This document shows, one piece after another, positions 59,971 to 64,000 of a stretch of DNA of 64,000 bases; the stretch's first letter is position 1, and every line of letters starts with the position of its first letter. Under the pieces are notes generated by a model. It saw only the letters and a list, made by a program, of their open reading frames with translations. It ran no database searches and had not been told where the DNA came from. The stretch is from assembly GCA_963817955.1 (NCBI GenBank), contig CAWFQK010000004.1, positions 864,001-928,000 on the forward strand, read 5' to 3'. The stretch is from an uncultured Gemmatimonadaceae bacterium (GTDB lineage: Bacteria; Gemmatimonadota; Gemmatimonadetes; Gemmatimonadales; Gemmatimonadaceae). Made by a program: the position numbers and the translations under genes.

Positions 59971-60793
59971 GCTGGACCAGATTCTCGTTGAGCGCGCCCG
60001 AGCGGAATCCGCGTGGATCAACTTCCACTCGCTCGTAACCGGCAGCAATGACTGCTGCCTGGAGCATGGTGCACGCCGGGGGCACGGCCCAGCGGGCGAG
60101 CTCACTCGCCGCGAGCTCGACGCGCGCCATATCGCCGTAGTGGCGAACGCGTAAGTCCCCCGTCACGCCCAGGGCGCGCAGGGCGGCTTCGGCGCGCTCC
60201 ACCTGCTCGAGGCGTTCCACGGTGACGGGCGTCCCATAGGGCAGGCGCGACGACAGACAGGGGGAAGACGGCAGGCTCCAGGTGGGCAGACCGCGTGCTC
60301 GCGACAACTCCCGGATTTCCACCTTGGTGAGTCCGAATATCGCCAGCGGCGAGACAATGCCCTGTTCGCGAGCCGCCTGTGCGCCAGGACGATAGTCTTG
60401 CCGGTCATCGGCATTCGTTCCGTCCGCCACGACGCGCACGCCGCGAGCCGCCGCAGCGGGCACGACCCGCGACCACAGCTCGGTCTTGCAGAAATAGCAG
60501 CGGTTGGCGGGGTTCGCGGCGTAATGAGGATCGTTCAACTCGTTGGTGTCGAGCTCGATGATCGGCAAGCCGATCTGCGCCGCAACGTCGCGCGCCGCCG
60601 CCCATTGGCTGTCGGGATACGACGCACTGCGCCCGACGATCGCGATCACGCGCTCGGCGCCGAGCGCCGCGATGGCGACGGCGGCGAGATACGCCGAGTC
60701 CGCGCCGCCGGAGTAGCCAATGGCAATCGATTCCTGGCCGCGAAGCCAGTCCATGAGCTGGATTTCCTTGGCGCGCGCATCGATGGGCGACAT
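59948..60793 (-). CDS. larE: ATP-dependent sacrificial sulfur transferase LarE family
   Basis: PP-loop YSGGADS, NRCYFCK, DGTNADD, DYRPG, SPCLSSR, RVRH, GFRSG. Confidence 0.9.
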   Translation of the reverse strand: MSPIDARAKEIQLMDWLRGQESIAIGYSGGADSAYLAAVAIAALGAERVIAIVGRSASYPDSQWAAARDVAAQIGLPIIELDTNELNDPHYAANPANRCYFCKTELWSRVVPAAAARGVRVVADGTNADDRQDYRPGAQAAREQGIVSPLAIFGLTKVEIRELSRARGLPTWSLPSSPCLSSRLPYGTPVTVERLEQVERAEAALRALGVTGDLRVRHYGDMARVELAASELARWAVPPACTMLQAAVIAAGYERVEVDPRGFRSGALNENLVQLASVSRH

Positions 60794-60924
60794 GTGTGAA
60801 ACGTAACCCGGCGCCGGCCACTTGATGGACGCGTCAACTCGCGGCAACGGGCGCCAACATGCCCGCGCAGTACCGCACGTCCGGGTCGGCGTGTGGGGTG
60901 ATGCTCCTCTGGTCGAGGTGGTAA

Positions 60925-62316
60925 TCAGCCCACGGTGAGCGCCTCGTGTGCCGGCTCGAAGGTCGCCGTGAAATGTCGCAGCACTTCCGGCGCATCCACC
61001 ATCCGAACTCCGCGGATGCGGTGCGCGATCGTATTCACGTGCAGCAGCACCTCGGCCACATAATCCACGTGACTCTGGGTATAGACGCGCCGGGGGAAGG
61101 CTAGCCTCACGAGCTCGAGGTCGGCCGGCCGCTCCGTGCCGTCAGGTTGGCGGCCAAACATCACAGAGCCAATCTCCGCGGCTCGGATGCCTCCCTCTAC
61201 ATACAGCACACAAGAGAGCGCCCAGGCCGGAAACTCACTCTGCGGAATGTGCGAGAGCCAGCGTTTTGCGTCCAGGTACAGGGCGTGCCCGCCCGTGGGC
61301 GTGACGATCGGAATGCCCGCCGCCAGGAGCTTCTCCCCCAAGTACTCGATGGACCGAATGCGATACCGGAGATAGTCCTCGTCCAGGGCCTCGCGCAATC
61401 CGACGGCGATGGCTTCCAGATCATAGCCGGCCAGGCCGCCGTAGGTCGGGAAACCTTCCGTCAACACCAGACGCGTGCGGCAACGCCGCGCCAGCGCTTC
61501 GTCGTTCATCGCCAAGAAGCCGCCGATGTTCGACATGCCATCTTTCTTTGCGCTCATCGTGCAGCCGTCCGCGAGCGCGAACAATTCACGCGCGATGGCG
61601 ATCGGCGTATGGCTCGCGTAGCCCGGTTCGCGGGTCTTGATGAACCACGCGTTCTCGGCAAACCGACAGGCGTCGATGAACAGCGGCACGCCAAAACGGT
61701 CGCACACCGCGCGCACGTCGCGCACGTTTCCGAGACTCACGGGCTGCCCGCCCTCGGAGTTGTTGGTGATCGTCACCATCACGAGCGGCACGTTGCCACG
61801 ATGCTCGCCGAGCACGCGCTCGAGCGCCGCCACATCCATGTTTCCCTTGAACGGGTGCATGGATTGCGGCTGATGCCCTTCGGGAATTGGGATGTCGAGC
61901 GCCACGCCTCCACGGTCCTGCACGTTGGCGCGCGTCGTGTCGAAGTGCGTGTTGTTGGGAACGATGTTGCCCTGACGCACCATGGTGGAGAACAGAATGT
62001 GCTCAGCCGCGCGTCCCTGGTGGGTGGGCACGACGTGCGCGAAGCCGGTCACGTCGCGCACGGCACGTTCGAACGCGGCGTACGAGCGTCCGCCGGCGTA
62101 TGACTCGTCGCCCTTCATCATTCCCGACCACTGATACACCGACATCGCTCCGGTGCCGGAGTCGGTGAGCAAGTCGATGAGCACGTCCTCCGCCTGGAGG
62201 AGGAACACATTGTGGTTCGCAGCGGCTAACGCGGCGGTTCGTTCGGCGCGGGTCGTCTGCCGGATCGGCTCGACCGTCTTGATGCGGAACGGCTCGATAA
62301 TCGTTCTGAAATTCAC
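60925..62316 (-). CDS. tnaA: Tryptophanase (beta-eliminating lyase)
   Basis: EPFRIK, DLLTDSGT, THQGRAAE, MSAKKD (PLP lysine), LRHFTA (His favours TnaA over tyrosine phenol-lyase). Confidence 0.85.
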   Translation of the reverse strand: MNFRTIIEPFRIKTVEPIRQTTRAERTAALAAANHNVFLLQAEDVLIDLLTDSGTGAMSVYQWSGMMKGDESYAGGRSYAAFERAVRDVTGFAHVVPTHQGRAAEHILFSTMVRQGNIVPNNTHFDTTRANVQDRGGVALDIPIPEGHQPQSMHPFKGNMDVAALERVLGEHRGNVPLVMVTITNNSEGGQPVSLGNVRDVRAVCDRFGVPLFIDACRFAENAWFIKTREPGYASHTPIAIARELFALADGCTMSAKKDGMSNIGGFLAMNDEALARRCRTRLVLTEGFPTYGGLAGYDLEAIAVGLREALDEDYLRYRIRSIEYLGEKLLAAGIPIVTPTGGHALYLDAKRWLSHIPQSEFPAWALSCVLYVEGGIRAAEIGSVMFGRQPDGTERPADLELVRLAFPRRVYTQSHVDYVAEVLLHVNTIAHRIRGVRMVDAPEVLRHFTATFEPAHEALTVG

Positions 62317-62478
62317 TCGTTTGGCGTAGTTAGAGATCCCCGATTCTGGCGGAACAGGCGCTGACGCGCAGTCGGGGAATCACCGACGGTCGTGGCCGCC
62401 TCGGGGCGCAGCTGTTGCAGTATAGTCGCGCCTGCGGGCATCGGTGCGCATGTCACCAGGGTTCTACGATTGGACGAC

Positions 62479-64000
62479 ATGCGGTTTTCCTCATCCCCAG
62501 ATCATTTCCCCGAGGCCGCCATTTCTCCGGAGACACCAGCTCGACCCGGCCCAGTGCCCCATGGCTCGGTGACCCACGTTACCCGGAAGATCCGGCGTGC
62601 CGCATTCGTTGGTGCGGCGGCGCTGATCGCCATTGCCGCAACCATGGCAGTGATGACCAGGGTACAGCGCTCGACACATTACTGGGTGCAACATGCCCGC
62701 GACGCGGCACGGCTAGCCCAGTTGACGGTGACTTTGCTCGACGAAGCCGACCAGGCCCACGAAGAAGGGCGGGAGCTCAGTGAGTCGAACGAGCCTGCGC
62801 CGCCGAATGAATCGGAAAGGCTCCTGCTGAGCGCGGTCGATTCTCTCGCACGGATAACGAGGACCCAAGAGCATCGCGCGCTCGCATTACGGTTTCGGGC
62901 CGCGGTTCTGCGATGGGAGAGTGTCGTCACACAGCCGATCCGCCCGAAGCAGAACGACGAGGCGGCGAGACTCCTCGCTGCGTTCTCCGCGGCGCGGAAC
63001 CTGGGCGACTCGCTCGTGCGCGCGGAGGATTCGGAGTTCGCGGATCGCCTGCAGGCGTCCGATGTGGAACACAGCGCCTCGTTGGCCGCGATTCTCCTCG
63101 AAGTGGCTTTCGTGCTGATCGTGCTTGGGCTGATGACAGCGCACATCACCCGACAGACCGAGGGCATCGAGCGGCAGACCGTCGAGCTGGCCGCGTCCGT
63201 GACCGACGCGACCGCGAACCAGCGCCGCGCCGAGGCGTTCGCTCGCCAGAAAGAACGAGTGACCGCTGTTCTCGACGCGGTCCTCGGATCCACGCCAATC
63301 GCCTTTGCATTCTTTGATGCCGACCTGCGCTTCTTGCGTGTGAACGCCAGTCTCGCTCAGCTGAACGGGCGTTCACCTGAGGAGCACGTTGGCTGCACCC
63401 TGCGCGACGTCGCACCGTGGATTGCCGATGAGGCCGAGCCGTACCTCGTGCAGACGCGCGCCACGCGCGAGCCTGTGGTCAACGTGCCAATCACCGAACG
63501 GCGGGACCATACGCGCGCGCGGCGATTCCTCACAAACTGGTATCCGATCCACACCGAAGACGGGGAGTTCCTCGGCGTCGGCGCGACAATGATGGACGTC
63601 ACCGAGCACGACCAGCTCATTGCGCAACTGCAGCAGGCACAGAAGATGGACGCCATCGGGCGACTCGCCGGCGGCATCACCCATGATTTCAACAACCTGC
63701 TCACGGTCATTCGCGCGAATGTGGACTTTGCCGACAAGAACCCAGACCTCCGGGAGAGTCGGCCCGAGCTCAATGAGATCCGCGCGGCCGTCGATCGCGC
63801 CACCTCACTGACGCGACAGCTCCTGGCGTTCAGCCGGCAGCAACCCGTGGAAGGGCTGCTCGTGAACCCCAACGCGGTCGTCGACGGAATGCGCCAGTTG
63901 CTGCTGCGACTCCTGAACGGCGGCCCTCAAATTCAGATCGACCTTTCGCCGGCGATACACCGCGTTCGCGTCGATCCGAGCCAGCTCGAGCAGGTCATTA
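62479..64000 (+). CDS. Membrane PAS sensor histidine kinase, partial (runs off right edge)
   Basis: Hand translation: two TM segments, PAS (AFFDADLRFLRVN), H-box QAQKMDAIGRLAGGITHDFNNLL, in frame with the ATG at 62479. Confidence 0.88.
   Translation, partial: MRFSSSPDHFPEAAISPETPARPGPVPHGSVTHVTRKIRRAAFVGAAALIAIAATMAVMTRVQRSTHYWVQHARDAARLAQLTVTLLDEADQAHEEGRELSESNEPAPPNESERLLLSAVDSLARITRTQEHRALALRFRAAVLRWESVVTQPIRPKQNDEAARLLAAFSAARNLGDSLVRAEDSEFADRLQASDVEHSASLAAILLEVAFVLIVLGLMTAHITRQTEGIERQTVELAASVTDATANQRRAEAFARQKERVTAVLDAVLGSTPIAFAFFDADLRFLRVNASLAQLNGRSPEEHVGCTLRDVAPWIADEAEPYLVQTRATREPVVNVPITERRDHTRARRFLTNWYPIHTEDGEFLGVGATMMDVTEHDQLIAQLQQAQKMDAIGRLAGGITHDFNNLLTVIRANVDFADKNPDLRESRPELNEIRAAVDRATSLTRQLLAFSRQQPVEGLLVNPNAVVDGMRQLLLRLLNGGPQIQIDLSPAIHRVRVDPSQLEQVI

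Noticed and set aside
62317..62478. tnaC-like leader peptide for tnaA
   Set aside because: No short Trp/Pro-stop leader ORF recognised upstream of tnaA

Overview
GC-rich bacterial core-genome window. Gene content and order look Gemmatimonadota-like (inference, not checked). About 60 CDSs and one tRNA-Gln(UUG). Mostly housekeeping blocks: ispE-tRNA-prs-rplY-pth-ychF; rpsF-rpsR-DUF2232-rplI-rsfS; SPOR genes-smc-aroF-lolA; ctpA-tmk-prmC-prfA-rpmE; pxpBCA; hemL-rimO-yajQ; a sigma70 factor, lepB, an NtrX-like regulator and tnaA. There is also a cyclic-nucleotide signalling cluster and one IS481-family element. At least six genes carry single-base frameshifts, most likely assembly errors. The most interesting signals are non-coding. 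(1) A 64-nt hairpin upstream of rplY nearly copies the 5S rRNA loop E motif that L25 binds, a candidate autoregulatory leader. (2) An array of 15-16 x 21-bp repeats in exact phase is followed by a terminator-like hairpin, an RBS and an uncharacterised all-helical protein, an attenuator-like module inserted between yajQ and an S9 peptidase. (3) A dispersed ~110-bp composite repeat with heptamer microsatellite tails occurs in 3 full copies plus 1 partial inverted copy, two of them bracketing the IS. Protein-level oddities: a stand-alone triple Hpt-like protein lacking the phospho-His, a degenerate P-loop/SPOR protein coupled to smc, and a PP2C phosphatase remnant.
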